From Spirochaetota bacterium (lineage in GTDB: Bacteria; Spirochaetota; UBA12135; COTS27; CBDBHE01): a DNA stretch of 64,000 nt. The stretch lies in assembly GCA_965205605.1 (NCBI GenBank), contig CBDBHE010000007.1, positions 32,001-96,000 of the forward strand, read 5' to 3'. Shown here in pieces: positions 29,229 through 39,152 of this stretch (position 1 is the first letter of the stretch; every line of letters begins with the position of its first letter). Both the position numbers and the translations under genes were made by a program. The notes beneath the pieces were generated by a model. The model saw only the letters and a list, made by a program, of their open reading frames with translations. It was not told where the DNA came from and did no database searches.

Positions 29229-31340
29229 TTATTGACTAAAGTCATTTAAGATATAAATACTTTCTTCAAGATAAGCATCTTTTTCTAACTCACGATACCA
29301 ATCTTGAGCGTTTTTTTTCTTTTCTTTAAACCCAATTTTTTCTTTTTCTCCTTTAGAATATTTTTTTTCCAAAAAAGCAAGACTTCTTTTTTCTAAATTA
29401 ATGTCTTGAAGTTTGTCACTCCATTTTTTAACTTCATTTCTATTTTCAAAATAATTTTTTCTATCTAAATTAATAAGTGTATCTTTATTACGTTTTCTAA
29501 TATCATTTTCGTGTTCATTTAAGAAAGCAAAAAAAGTATTTTCTTTAACTCTTTGACGGCTTTTTTTTCTTAGAGAATTAAAGTCAAAAGAACGATTCCA
29601 TGGCTCATAAGAAACTTCATTAATTTCGTCCCAAGGAAGGGAGTAATCCAAACCTTTTTCACCATAATCATCTGAAAAGCTATAAATATCTGGTAAAACA
29701 ATATCTGAATTGACTCCTTTAAATTGGGTAGTGCCTCCATTAATACGATAAAATTTTTGGATTGTCAGACGCAATGTCCCAAAAGATTTATATTTACTAT
29801 CAACTAAAGCTCTAAAAATTTGGTCTAAAGGAAGCAACTGCTGAACGGTCCCTTTACCAAAACTATGTGCGGATCCAACAATAATTGCTCTTTTATAATC
29901 TTGAAGAGCAGCGGCTAAAATTTCAGAAGCTGAAGCACTACTGGCATTGATTAAAATAACCAAAGGGCCTTCATAAACAATTTTTTTATCAGGATCTTCA
30001 TAAATATTAATGCCTTTATATTGATTAAGCACTTGCACAATAGGCCCTTTTCTAACAAAAAGTCCTGCTGTTTCAATGGCATCAACCAAAGCCCCTCCAC
30101 TATTATCTCTTAAGTCAAGTAAGATCCCCTTAACTCCCATTTTATTAAATTTGATCAATTCTTTTCTAACATCATCGCTGGCATTTCTCCCACCACTGTC
30201 TTGAAAATCTCGATAAAATTTAGGCAAATAAATATACCCAAAAGTAGTCCTTGCCTCTTTGTTTAGTTTAATAGCCGCTGATCTAGCATAGGTTTCTTCA
30301 ATGACAACCACATCTCGAACAATAGGGATTTCTATAAAACTTCCATCTTTTTTCTTTACCGTAAGACAAACTTTTGTTCCTTTTTTTCCTCTGATAAATC
30401 GCACTACTTCGGAAGGGGTCATCCCCACGACATCAATAGGTTCCTTATCTCCCTGTCCTACTTTAAGAATAATATCCCCAGCCTTTAGTTGTTTTTGTCT
30501 ATAAGAAGCACTGCCGGGAATAATGCGAATGACTTCAATAAAGCCATCTTTACCAGAAAGCACTGCCCCAATACCTTCTAATTTACCAGACATAGAAATA
30601 TCAAAATCTTCTTTACTACTAGGAGGCAAGAAAGAAGAATGCGGGTCGTGGGGATTGATAATGGAGTTTAGATAAACATTAAATTGTTCGGTTGTGGAAA
30701 TTTCTATAAGACGTTTGAAAAAAAGATTGATTTCTTTTTTAACATATTTATTAGCCTTTTTTTCTAAAACTGTAAATGGTATTTTTTTTTTAGAATTTTC
30801 TTCTTTATTTTTTTCTAAATAAATTTTATCTAAAATAGCAAGTTTGATTTTTTTTCTCCAAAAATCTTTTAATTCTCCATTAGTTGCAAAAAAATCTCTT
30901 TTTTCAGGATCCACTTCAAACGCCTCTTTTTTTTCATAATTAAAAGAAGAATCAAATAATGTTTCAACAATTTTTTTCATAAGTCGCACACGTTTTTCCT
31001 TAAGTGTCATAACGATTTTGAAAAAATCTAAATTAGCTTTCTTAAGTTGATCGTCAATTTCTGTCTGATAACGATTAATAATAACAATATCTTTTTGTAG
31101 AAAAAACTCTTTATTATAATCAATTCTTTTTAAATAAAGTTCATAAACTTTTTTAGAAAAAAGATCATTATAAATTTGAGGGTTGTAATGATGAGTTTTC
31201 ACAGAACTCATAATCAATTTAGTTAATATTTCTTCTCTTGAAAGATTTTTGTTTCCAAGAGAACAATTAGAAAGTAAGATTAAAAAACAAATTGTAAAAA
31301 TAACAAAACGATTTAAAAAAAAATATTTTTTCAATTTCAT
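29229..31340 (-). CDS. prc: Carboxy-terminal processing protease (S41A, Prc/Tsp)
   Basis: DPHS, LEGIGAVL (PDZ), LDLRDNSGG, SASASEILAAALQDY, FGKGTVQ; lipobox-like LSNC. Confidence 0.92.
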   Translation of the reverse strand: MKLKKYFFLNRFVIFTICFLILLSNCSLGNKNLSREEILTKLIMSSVKTHHYNPQIYNDLFSKKVYELYLKRIDYNKEFFLQKDIVIINRYQTEIDDQLKKANLDFFKIVMTLKEKRVRLMKKIVETLFDSSFNYEKKEAFEVDPEKRDFFATNGELKDFWRKKIKLAILDKIYLEKNKEENSKKKIPFTVLEKKANKYVKKEINLFFKRLIEISTTEQFNVYLNSIINPHDPHSSFLPPSSKEDFDISMSGKLEGIGAVLSGKDGFIEVIRIIPGSASYRQKQLKAGDIILKVGQGDKEPIDVVGMTPSEVVRFIRGKKGTKVCLTVKKKDGSFIEIPIVRDVVVIEETYARSAAIKLNKEARTTFGYIYLPKFYRDFQDSGGRNASDDVRKELIKFNKMGVKGILLDLRDNSGGALVDAIETAGLFVRKGPIVQVLNQYKGINIYEDPDKKIVYEGPLVILINASSASASEILAAALQDYKRAIIVGSAHSFGKGTVQQLLPLDQIFRALVDSKYKSFGTLRLTIQKFYRINGGTTQFKGVNSDIVLPDIYSFSDDYGEKGLDYSLPWDEINEVSYEPWNRSFDFNSLRKKSRQRVKENTFFAFLNEHENDIRKRNKDTLINLDRKNYFENRNEVKKWSDKLQDINLEKRSLAFLEKKYSKGEKEKIGFKEKKKNAQDWYRELEKDAYLEESIYILNDFSQ

Positions 31341-31425
31341 AGTGATAATAAAAGACAGGTTCTTAAAAAACAGACCTTCATTTTAACTTGAATTAAAATC
31401 TTAAACAATGATAAATTAAAAAATA

Positions 31426-32334
31426 ATGAGTGCTATAATTTTAGATGGAAGAGAAATAAGTCGCTCAATTTTAGAAGGACTTAAAAAAAAAGTTAAACAA
31501 ATTAAATCAAAATACAATATCGTTCCTGGACTGACAACTCTTTTAATTGGAGATCATCCTGCTTCAAAATCGTATGTTCGCTTAAAAATAAAAACAGCCA
31601 AAGAGCTTGGTTTTTATGAAGTGCAAGATGATCAACAAAGCTCTATTACCCAAGAAGCTCTTTTAAAAAAAATAAATTCTTATAATCAAGATAAAAACAT
31701 CCACGGGATTCTCTTGCAGCTTCCTTTACCCAAACACCTCGACTCAAAAAAAATTCTTTTATCCATTAACCCCAATAAAGATGTAGATGGATTTCATCCT
31801 TTCAATGTAGGTAATTTGGTCATCGAAGGAGAAAACAATCTTTTTACTCCTTGTACCCCAGCAGGCATCTTAGAACTCCTTCGTCGCTACAATATCGAAG
31901 TAAAAGGAAAAGAAGTGGTTATTGTAGGTCGCTCTAATATTGTTGGCAAACCTATGGCAAATTTATTATTTCAAAAAACATCTTCTGCAAATGCAACTGT
32001 TACCATTGTCCATAGTGCTTCCAAAAACATTAACCTTCATTGTAAAAGGGCTGATATTCTTATTGTAGCTGCCGGTGTCCCCAATCTAATAAAAACAAAA
32101 TGGATTAAAAAAAAAGCTTGCGTGATTGATGTAGGCGTTAATCAAGTAGGAGAGACTACCAGCAAAAAAACAGGAAAAGTGATACCTCTATTGAAAGGAG
32201 ACGTTGATTTTGAAGCTGTTAAAAAAATAGCCAGTTATCTTACCCCTGTTCCTGGTGGCGTAGGCCCGATGACCATTGCGATGCTAATGAAAAATACCAT
32301 CAAATCTTGTGAATATCATCTAAGTAAAACTTAA
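31426..32334 (+). CDS. folD: Methylenetetrahydrofolate dehydrogenase/cyclohydrolase
   Basis: LQLPLP, KDVDGFHP, PCTPAGI, GRSNIVGKP, TPVPGGVGPMTIAMLM. Confidence 0.97.
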   Translation: MSAIILDGREISRSILEGLKKKVKQIKSKYNIVPGLTTLLIGDHPASKSYVRLKIKTAKELGFYEVQDDQQSSITQEALLKKINSYNQDKNIHGILLQLPLPKHLDSKKILLSINPNKDVDGFHPFNVGNLVIEGENNLFTPCTPAGILELLRRYNIEVKGKEVVIVGRSNIVGKPMANLLFQKTSSANATVTIVHSASKNINLHCKRADILIVAAGVPNLIKTKWIKKKACVIDVGVNQVGETTSKKTGKVIPLLKGDVDFEAVKKIASYLTPVPGGVGPMTIAMLMKNTIKSCEYHLSKT

Positions 32335-32360
32335 AGCTTCCTTAAAAAAAATCGTTTTTT

Positions 32361-33404
32361 ATGAAACATCAATTTTTTTCCTTTGGAAAACTTAAAAATA
32401 AAAAAGTCATCCAAGGCTATCAAATTGAAAATAATTCGGGTCTAATTTTAAAAGTCATTAACTATGGCGCAAGTGTTTTATCACTTCAAGTCCCTAGTCA
32501 AAAGGGAAAAATAGAAGAAATCACCTTAAGTCCCCCTTCTCTTTCTTTCTTACAACAAAATCATTTTTACTTCGGTGCTACAGTAGGACGTGTGGCTAAT
32601 CGTATTGAAAATGGTTGCTTTAAAATTAATGATGCAACTCAAAAACTTTCTCGAAATGAAAATAACAAGCATCATTTACACGGAGGATTTAACGGGTTTG
32701 ATCAAAAATTATGGGATATGAAAATCATTGATAATAAAAAAGCTTTCAGTGTTGTTTTTTCCTACTTAAGTAAAAATGCAGAAGAAGGGTATCCAGGAAA
32801 TATAAAAGTAGAGTCTAAAATTACACTTAATGAGCATAATGAAGTTATTTTTAATTACACAGCTTCCACAGATAAACCGACGGTGATTAATTTAACTAAC
32901 CATACTTATTGGAACTTATCAGGCAATTTGAAAGAAAATATTTTAAATCACAAACTAACCATTGATGCGAAAGAAAGACTACAAACAACTAGCGAAGTGA
33001 TTCCTACAGGGAGCCTGCTTTCAGTAGAAAAAACGCCTTTTGATTTTAGAAAAGAAAAAACGATAAAAGAAGGTTTGGGTGAACTAAAATCCGGATTTGA
33101 CCACTTTTACGTCATGCGAAGCTATCCAGGAAATCTTAAACCCATCGCCTCCTTAAGAGAACCTAAAAGTAGAAGACAAATGGAAATCGAAACTAAAGCT
33201 GTAGGATTGCAATTTTATACCGCCAGTATCAATCCTCCTTTACAAAAAATAGCCCCTTCTTTTTCTTTACAAGAACCTATTGCTCTTTGTTTAGAAACTC
33301 AAACCCATCCCAATGCCCCTAAGCATCAAAATTTTCCTTCTATTTTTTTATCTCCAAAAGAAATTTACCGACAAACAACTTTACATCGATTTAGTATTTA
33401 TTAA
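32361..33404 (+). CDS. galM: Aldose 1-epimerase (mutarotase)
   Basis: GATVGRVANRI, LHGG, EEGYPGN, NLTNHTYWNL, GFDH, LCLETQ. Confidence 0.92.
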   Translation: MKHQFFSFGKLKNKKVIQGYQIENNSGLILKVINYGASVLSLQVPSQKGKIEEITLSPPSLSFLQQNHFYFGATVGRVANRIENGCFKINDATQKLSRNENNKHHLHGGFNGFDQKLWDMKIIDNKKAFSVVFSYLSKNAEEGYPGNIKVESKITLNEHNEVIFNYTASTDKPTVINLTNHTYWNLSGNLKENILNHKLTIDAKERLQTTSEVIPTGSLLSVEKTPFDFRKEKTIKEGLGELKSGFDHFYVMRSYPGNLKPIASLREPKSRRQMEIETKAVGLQFYTASINPPLQKIAPSFSLQEPIALCLETQTHPNAPKHQNFPSIFLSPKEIYRQTTLHRFSIY

Positions 33405-33508
33405 TGCTATCTTAAATGAAACATTATCAAATGAAACATTAAAAGAGCTTAAAAAAAATTGTTAAGTCCGTTAAGATAAGTTTTTAATAAAAGCTGTATA
33501 AAAAAAAA

Positions 33509-34279
33509 TTAACGACCCCTTTTAACAATAAGACGGCTAGAATAATCAATTCGATTTAAAAAAATAGGTTCTTTTCTTTTTTCTATAAACTCATCAATAG
33601 CTTTTTTACACCCTTGCCAGTGAAAATAATCATCAAAAATAACAATCCCTCCTGGAACCACTAAGTCATATAAGTATTGTAATGAATGCTTGGTTGATTC
33701 ATAAAAATCGGTATCTAGATGTAAAAAAGCAATTTTCTTTGGTATTGTTTTAGGAATGGTATCTTCTATTTTTCCTTTAATGAAATGAAGTTTATTAAGA
33801 GGGTAATTCGCTAATTTAATGTTTTTCTTAACCTCTTCTAAACTAGCATTCACCCAATTAGAACCGACACTACTTTTACCAAGCTTTACTTTATTGTATT
33901 TTTTTATAGCCTTTTGACCAAAAAAAGACACATCATATTTTGTGGGTTCTGGCATTCCTTCATAAGTATCATACAAAAAGAAGCTCCTCGAAACAGATTT
34001 CAGCTCTTTTAATCTAAAAAGCACCATCATAACACTCCCTCCCTGATACACACCAGTCTGTACAAAATCTCCTTTAATAGCTGATTTTTCAAGATAATCA
34101 ACTGCATTTATAATGGTGAACAATTTACCTTTGTTTAGTAAGGAGTATGAGGAAGTCTTTTCCCATATTCTCTTATGGTGAGGCTCAAAATCTTGAAGAT
34201 ATCCACTACGATACTTAACAATATCAATATTAAAAGCACGAACAATAGATCGAATCAATTTAATGAAAAAAGAAATCAT
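33509..34279 (-). CDS. TylF/MycF/NovP-family sugar O-methyltransferase
   Basis: GDFVQTGVYQGGS, LYDTYEGMP, FLHLDTDFYEST, GGIVIFDDY. Confidence 0.9.
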   Translation of the reverse strand: MISFFIKLIRSIVRAFNIDIVKYRSGYLQDFEPHHKRIWEKTSSYSLLNKGKLFTIINAVDYLEKSAIKGDFVQTGVYQGGSVMMVLFRLKELKSVSRSFFLYDTYEGMPEPTKYDVSFFGQKAIKKYNKVKLGKSSVGSNWVNASLEEVKKNIKLANYPLNKLHFIKGKIEDTIPKTIPKKIAFLHLDTDFYESTKHSLQYLYDLVVPGGIVIFDDYFHWQGCKKAIDEFIEKRKEPIFLNRIDYSSRLIVKRGR

Positions 34280-34336
34280 AACGCAACTACCCTTATAAAT
34301 TTTTACTATAAAAAATAAGAAAAGTAAATATTTTTT

Positions 34337-34660
34337 TTATCTCAAAGAAGTAATTGTTTGAAAAGCACTTGCCGAACGCTGAAGAACGGTTTTAGTCAAA
34401 TCCAACATAATTTGAGCTTTTTTAGAAGCAATCATTACATCGTGAATGTTGACTTCATTAGGGTTAGTGATCATTTTTTTAAAAAGTTTTTCAGAAGTGA
34501 TTTGAGTCTTATCAACAGATTGAAGGTTTTTCACCATATTTTTAGAAAGAACCGAATAAAAATCCCCTTTTTTATCTATATTCGGATCATATCCATAATG
34601 CTTTGGGTGAGTTGCTTTAATTTTGAAATTTTTTGTATTAATAAAAGTGGGTTCTAACAT
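34337..34660 (-). CDS. fliE: Flagellar hook-basal body protein FliE
   Basis: NIHDVMIASKKAQ..LDLTK; follows flgC. Confidence 0.88.
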   Translation of the reverse strand: MLEPTFINTKNFKIKATHPKHYGYDPNIDKKGDFYSVLSKNMVKNLQSVDKTQITSEKLFKKMITNPNEVNIHDVMIASKKAQIMLDLTKTVLQRSASAFQTITSLR

Positions 34661-34706
34661 TTTTTTTTAATTCCTTATTTTATAATGGGTGCATATTCTT
34701 TAGATT

Positions 34707-35162
34707 TTAACGACCAATACTTAAAGCAGATTGAAACATCATTTTAGAGGTGTTAACAGTGGTGATATTGGCTTCATACGCTCTAGAAGTCGAAATCATA
34801 TCAACCATTTCTTTAACAACATTCACATTTGGCATTGAAACATAGCCTTTTTTTAGCCCTGTTTTAATCGCATCAGGATGACTTGGATCATAAACTAGCC
34901 TAGGAGGACTATTGTCTTTTTCAATACGAATGACTCTAACCCCCGATCCAATCGTAGGCTTTAAGCTACTAGGCAACAGATGCGTTTTAAAAGATTGAAC
35001 TTCATCTCGAGGTCGTAAGACAACACGAGAACGCTTATAGCGCTCCCCTGTTGTTGTACGAGTAGTTGTTGCATTGGCAATGTTATCAGAAATAACATCC
35101 ATCCTAAGTCTTTGAGCACTTAAGCCTGTTGATGCGGTGTTAATACTTCTAAAAAAACTCAT
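34707..35162 (-). CDS. flgC: Flagellar basal-body rod protein FlgC
   Basis: GLSAQRLRMDVISDNIANA, YDPSHPDA, MPNVNVVKEMVDMI. Confidence 0.97.
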   Translation of the reverse strand: MSFFRSINTASTGLSAQRLRMDVISDNIANATTTRTTTGERYKRSRVVLRPRDEVQSFKTHLLPSSLKPTIGSGVRVIRIEKDNSPPRLVYDPSHPDAIKTGLKKGYVSMPNVNVVKEMVDMISTSRAYEANITTVNTSKMMFQSALSIGR

Positions 35163-35190
35163 TTTTATTTACCTCTTATCTAAAAATAAT

Positions 35191-35610
35191 TTAAGCAACC
35201 ACTGATTTTAGCTTATTAAGGTGCGAACTAATTGTCGTTGCAACAGCATTATAATGCATCGAATTTTTAACAAGATCACTCATTTCTTTTTCAATATCAA
35301 CATTATTTTTATCATTACGATAATGGCTATCATGTTCTTGAGTGACTTGAGGGAAAACTTGATCAATCTCTTTTTTGAAACCATCTTGAATATGTTTTTT
35401 ATGCTTAGTAGAAAGGGCATATTTAGGAAAACGATCTCTTTCATTTAAGACTCGATTTAGTTCTGATTCGAAAGTGACTGTTTTTTTTTTATAGTGAGGG
35501 GTGTCGACATTGGCAATATTGTTAGCAATGACTTCTTGCCTTAAAAAACTAGTATCCAAGCTTTTTTGAGCTAAATAAATACTTTCTCCAAAAAAAGAAC
35601 CATTAAACAT
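35191..35610 (-). CDS. flgB: Flagellar basal-body rod protein FlgB
   Basis: RQEVIANNIANVDTPHYK, RNDKNNVDIEKEM. Confidence 0.96.
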   Translation of the reverse strand: MFNGSFFGESIYLAQKSLDTSFLRQEVIANNIANVDTPHYKKKTVTFESELNRVLNERDRFPKYALSTKHKKHIQDGFKKEIDQVFPQVTQEHDSHYRNDKNNVDIEKEMSDLVKNSMHYNAVATTISSHLNKLKSVVA

Positions 35611-35654
35611 CTCTTTTAAACTCGGAAGAAATAAATTTTTTATTAAGCTTTTTT

Positions 35655-36632
35655 TTAAAATGTCTTTTTTAAAATAAAATGAATCGATTCTAAAGCTCTG
35701 TAAGCATCTCTAAGAGAAAAATGAAGATCTTTATTTTTTCCTTCTAAGAAATCAACAGCTTCTTTCAACATATTAGCGAAATAATAAGTTTTATTAAATG
35801 GGGTTGTTTTTACTTTTCTAAGAGAACGCATCTTTTCATAAAACCCACTTTCTTCACTTTTAAACTCTTCATACACCCCATTGCCTATACGAACAAACCC
35901 TTTTTCAAAAGACAAATCTATTTCAAAAACCAAATGATCTCTCTTACCTCCCACATCAATACTCGCCATCACTCTTCCCATGCTTCCTAAGATATTCATC
36001 TGAGCACTTTTTTTATCAGGAAACCCAACAGAGCGAATCAGCTTAAAAGTGTGAGGACATAAAAAATAAAGAATATCAAAAAGATGCGTCCCATCATCCC
36101 ATAAGATATCACTAGACGTTCTACCCATACCCATAAAAAGCCTAGCATGAATAGACAAAAGTTTTCCGTAAGTCAAATCTATAATTTTTTTTTTTACTTC
36201 TTGATAATCTCGAGCATAACGTCTTTCATGGTTCACTAAGAAACGGAGTTGATTTTTTTCAACTAATTTAAGTATTTTCTTAGAAGCTTTTAATGTATCC
36301 GCTAAAGGTTTTTCACAAATAATAAATGGGCAGCCATATTTTAAAACCGATTTAACACAAGATAAATGTGTTTTTGGAGGAGTTGCAATATGAAGAAGAT
36401 CGATTTTTTCCTGAGCCAACATTTCTTCTTGAGAAGCATACACTTTCGAAACACCCCAATGTTTTTTAAAAAGATCTCGTTTTTTTTCATCAGGATCACA
36501 ACCACTAACAAGAACCGTCTTTGGGTTATGAAAAATGGCCCCTGCATGACTGGCAGGTTTTTCTCTAAAACGATCCCTTTCTAAAAGAGAACCAATGCGC
36601 CCTAATCCAACAATAGCAGATCGAATCTTCAT
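35655..36632 (-). CDS. Gfo/Idh/MocA family oxidoreductase
   Basis: IVGLGRIG Rossmann motif, ICEKP, VNHERRY, DGTH. Confidence 0.88.
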   Translation of the reverse strand: MKIRSAIVGLGRIGSLLERDRFREKPASHAGAIFHNPKTVLVSGCDPDEKKRDLFKKHWGVSKVYASQEEMLAQEKIDLLHIATPPKTHLSCVKSVLKYGCPFIICEKPLADTLKASKKILKLVEKNQLRFLVNHERRYARDYQEVKKKIIDLTYGKLLSIHARLFMGMGRTSSDILWDDGTHLFDILYFLCPHTFKLIRSVGFPDKKSAQMNILGSMGRVMASIDVGGKRDHLVFEIDLSFEKGFVRIGNGVYEEFKSEESGFYEKMRSLRKVKTTPFNKTYYFANMLKEAVDFLEGKNKDLHFSLRDAYRALESIHFILKKTF

Positions 36633-36690
36633 TATTCTTCAAAATTCTTAAAAAAAAAAAAGGAATACCAAATTAATCATTCAATCAATT

Positions 36691-37446
36691 TTAATCACTA
36701 GGATACCCTTTAATCAAGTCAGCTACAAAATAACCAAAAACTAGTTTGCTTTTCATTTTTAAAGGACAGCGGTATTGATCATCAGAAATAAAAATTTGAA
36801 TTTCACTTTCATTTAAAAAAACGCCTTTAAACCCCATTTTAGGAATCACTAAAAAAGCTTTCTTTCTACCAAAAGCTGTTTTGATCTTGACTCTTTTGAT
36901 CACATGAATTTCAATTGGCCAAATTTTTTTACGATAATACCCTTGGGTATGAAATACTTTATTAGGACTTAAGTCAAGTGAACGGGTATAATAAAAACTT
37001 GAAACAACATTAAGAGATTCAACGAGCAAAGGAAGAACCTCTTTTTTTTTTTCATTCATATTTTTACTGTAATGAAAAAAACCTTTACTAAGATAAAATT
37101 CTAAACGGTGATAAAAAAGCCTTTTGTTTTCAAATCGATTCTCTTCATAAAAAATAGTCTCAAATCTATTTTTTTTTGAAATCGAAGTCAAAGTCATATT
37201 TAAAGTATAAAGATTCTCTACCCAAGGAACCGTTTTTGCTTTCATAATAAATGAAACTCTAGAGGAAGCCGATGTGCTTTTTGAATGAAGTGAAGCATAC
37301 CCTCCAATAATACCCAAATAACTAACTTTAAAAACAAGGTTTTCATTTTTCTTTATGAAATAAGGGGCTTCATTTGTTTGTCCAAAAATAAATGAAAAAT
37401 AAAAACAAACAAAAATTAAAAAAAATCTTAATCTCAAATACTTCAC
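36691..37446 (-). CDS. DUF3108-like exported protein
   Basis: Signal peptide, ENLVFKVSY.GI.GG, KTAFG, ISDD..RCPLK pattern. Confidence 0.7.
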   Translation of the reverse strand: MKYLRLRFFLIFVCFYFSFIFGQTNEAPYFIKKNENLVFKVSYLGIIGGYASLHSKSTSASSRVSFIMKAKTVPWVENLYTLNMTLTSISKKNRFETIFYEENRFENKRLFYHRLEFYLSKGFFHYSKNMNEKKKEVLPLLVESLNVVSSFYYTRSLDLSPNKVFHTQGYYRKKIWPIEIHVIKRVKIKTAFGRKKAFLVIPKMGFKGVFLNESEIQIFISDDQYRCPLKMKSKLVFGYFVADLIKGYPSD

Positions 37447-38522
37447 TTTTTTTCTTCGTCTAAGTAAGCTTGCAATCTTTCAAGTCCTTCGTTTATTTGA
37501 TTCAAACTCAAAGCATAACTAAAACGCACTTGTTCATTACAACCAAACCAATTACCATTATAAGCAATAATTTTATAATTATAGTATAGACTACTAATTA
37601 CCTTTTGAGGGTTTTTGAATTTAGGAAAAACATAAAAAGCACCTTCCGGCTTCCACAATTCAAGCCCCATAGCAATCATTTTATGATAAATTAAGTTGCG
37701 TCTTTTTTGCCAAATAGCAACGATTTTATCAATTTCCTCTTTTGGAATAGAAAGCGCTTCTAAAGCAACTTTTTGAGATAACAGACTAGTATTCATCGAA
37801 GTATGGGTTTTCATTTCAATTAAAGCATCCATTAGCTTTTGCTCTCTACAATAAGCATAACCTATGCGGACCCCACAAAGCCCAAAAGTTTTTGAAAACG
37901 AATTAATCGTAATGACTTTTTGTCCTTCTATAAGATAATTTTCTCGTTCATAAATCAAATCTTTATAAACTTCATCTGAAATAACATAAATCCCTTTTTT
38001 CTCACAAAGAGTTTCTATTTCTTTTAAAGTTTTTATCTTTTGCACACTTCCTGCTGGATTAGATGGGGAATTAATCAGCACAACATCACAAGAGTCTAAC
38101 AAGCTTTCAAAACCATTAAGGTCAATATGCCCCTCTATCAAATCATAATAACTTGCTTGCATTTGTGTATAAGCAACATTAAAAGGGTACGAATAATAAT
38201 AAGGTCTAGGCAAAAGGATTCTTTTTTTACCAAAATGACTTAAGCACCGAAGGCATAAATCTAACGCTTCACTAGCTCCATTAGTAATTAAAAAATTAGA
38301 ACTAAGAGAATTAGAATATTTTTTACTAAGAGCACTTCTTAAATTTTCTTCTCCTTGAATCAAACCATACTTAAAGTTTTCATCAAAATGATTTAAAAGA
38401 GCCTCATGGATTCTCTTTGGAGGAGGTAAATCTGGTTGACCAGAACCAAAAGAAATTGTTCCTTTATCTTTTTTACCAATAAAAAAACTAGGTGATAAAA
38501 TTGCTTTTTTTATCATGAACAA
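37443..38522 (-). CDS. PLP-dependent aminotransferase class I/II
   Basis: GQPD, TNGASEAL, INSPSNPAG, ISDEVY, NSFSKTFG..G.RIGY. Confidence 0.9.
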   Translation of the reverse strand: MFMIKKAILSPSFFIGKKDKGTISFGSGQPDLPPPKRIHEALLNHFDENFKYGLIQGEENLRSALSKKYSNSLSSNFLITNGASEALDLCLRCLSHFGKKRILLPRPYYYSYPFNVAYTQMQASYYDLIEGHIDLNGFESLLDSCDVVLINSPSNPAGSVQKIKTLKEIETLCEKKGIYVISDEVYKDLIYERENYLIEGQKVITINSFSKTFGLCGVRIGYAYCREQKLMDALIEMKTHTSMNTSLLSQKVALEALSIPKEEIDKIVAIWQKRRNLIYHKMIAMGLELWKPEGAFYVFPKFKNPQKVISSLYYNYKIIAYNGNWFGCNEQVRFSYALSLNQINEGLERLQAYLDEEKK

Positions 38523-38606
38523 AATATTTTTTTTAAAAACAATAGCATTTACTAAAAAATAAAAAAATTGGAAAAAAAATGAATAAAAACAATATTGTTA
38601 AAAAAA

Positions 38607-39086
38607 TTATAAAATAGTTGGGTTTTCAGCTGTTGGGTAAATTTTATTAGGATCAAAGACTTTTTCTTTTTCTTCAAACTTTAAAAAAATTTTATAATGA
38701 TCTTTTTCTTCTTCAAGTTTCACACTCCTATAAAAACAAGAACGATACCCCACATGACAGCTGGCTTTTCCCACAACATCCACTCGTAGCCAAAGACAAT
38801 CTTGATCATCATCGATTCTAATTTCACGTACTTTTTGGACAAACCCACTCATCTTTCCCTTATGCCAAAGAATTTTTCGACTACGACTAAAATATACAGC
38901 TTCTTTAAGCTTCAAAGTCATTTTAAGTGCTTCTTCGCTCATATAGCCTTGCATTAACACTTCTCCTGTTTGATAATCCGTCGTCACAACAGGTATCAAT
39001 TTTTTTGAGTTAAACTTAGGAGCAAACTCTTCTCCTTCTTCAACTTGTTCAATCGTTTTTCTTTTATTAAATTCAATCTTTTTCAT
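38607..39086 (-). CDS. hisI: Phosphoribosyl-AMP cyclohydrolase
   Basis: YFSRSR..LWHKG..SG, DDDQD, ASCHVGYRSCFY. Confidence 0.93.
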   Translation of the reverse strand: MKKIEFNKRKTIEQVEEGEEFAPKFNSKKLIPVVTTDYQTGEVLMQGYMSEEALKMTLKLKEAVYFSRSRKILWHKGKMSGFVQKVREIRIDDDQDCLWLRVDVVGKASCHVGYRSCFYRSVKLEEEKDHYKIFLKFEEKEKVFDPNKIYPTAENPTIL

Positions 39087-39152
39087 TAAAAGCCTTTTAA
39101 AAAAATCTAATCACTCATTTTTATTATGCCATAAAAGTAAAGCTCCAAGAAA

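Noticed and set aside
33411-33442. AAATGAAACATTA duplicated between convergent galM and tylF, similar to part of the iron promoter block
   Set aside because: Short, AT-rich and located between gene 3' ends, so probably chance or a local duplication.
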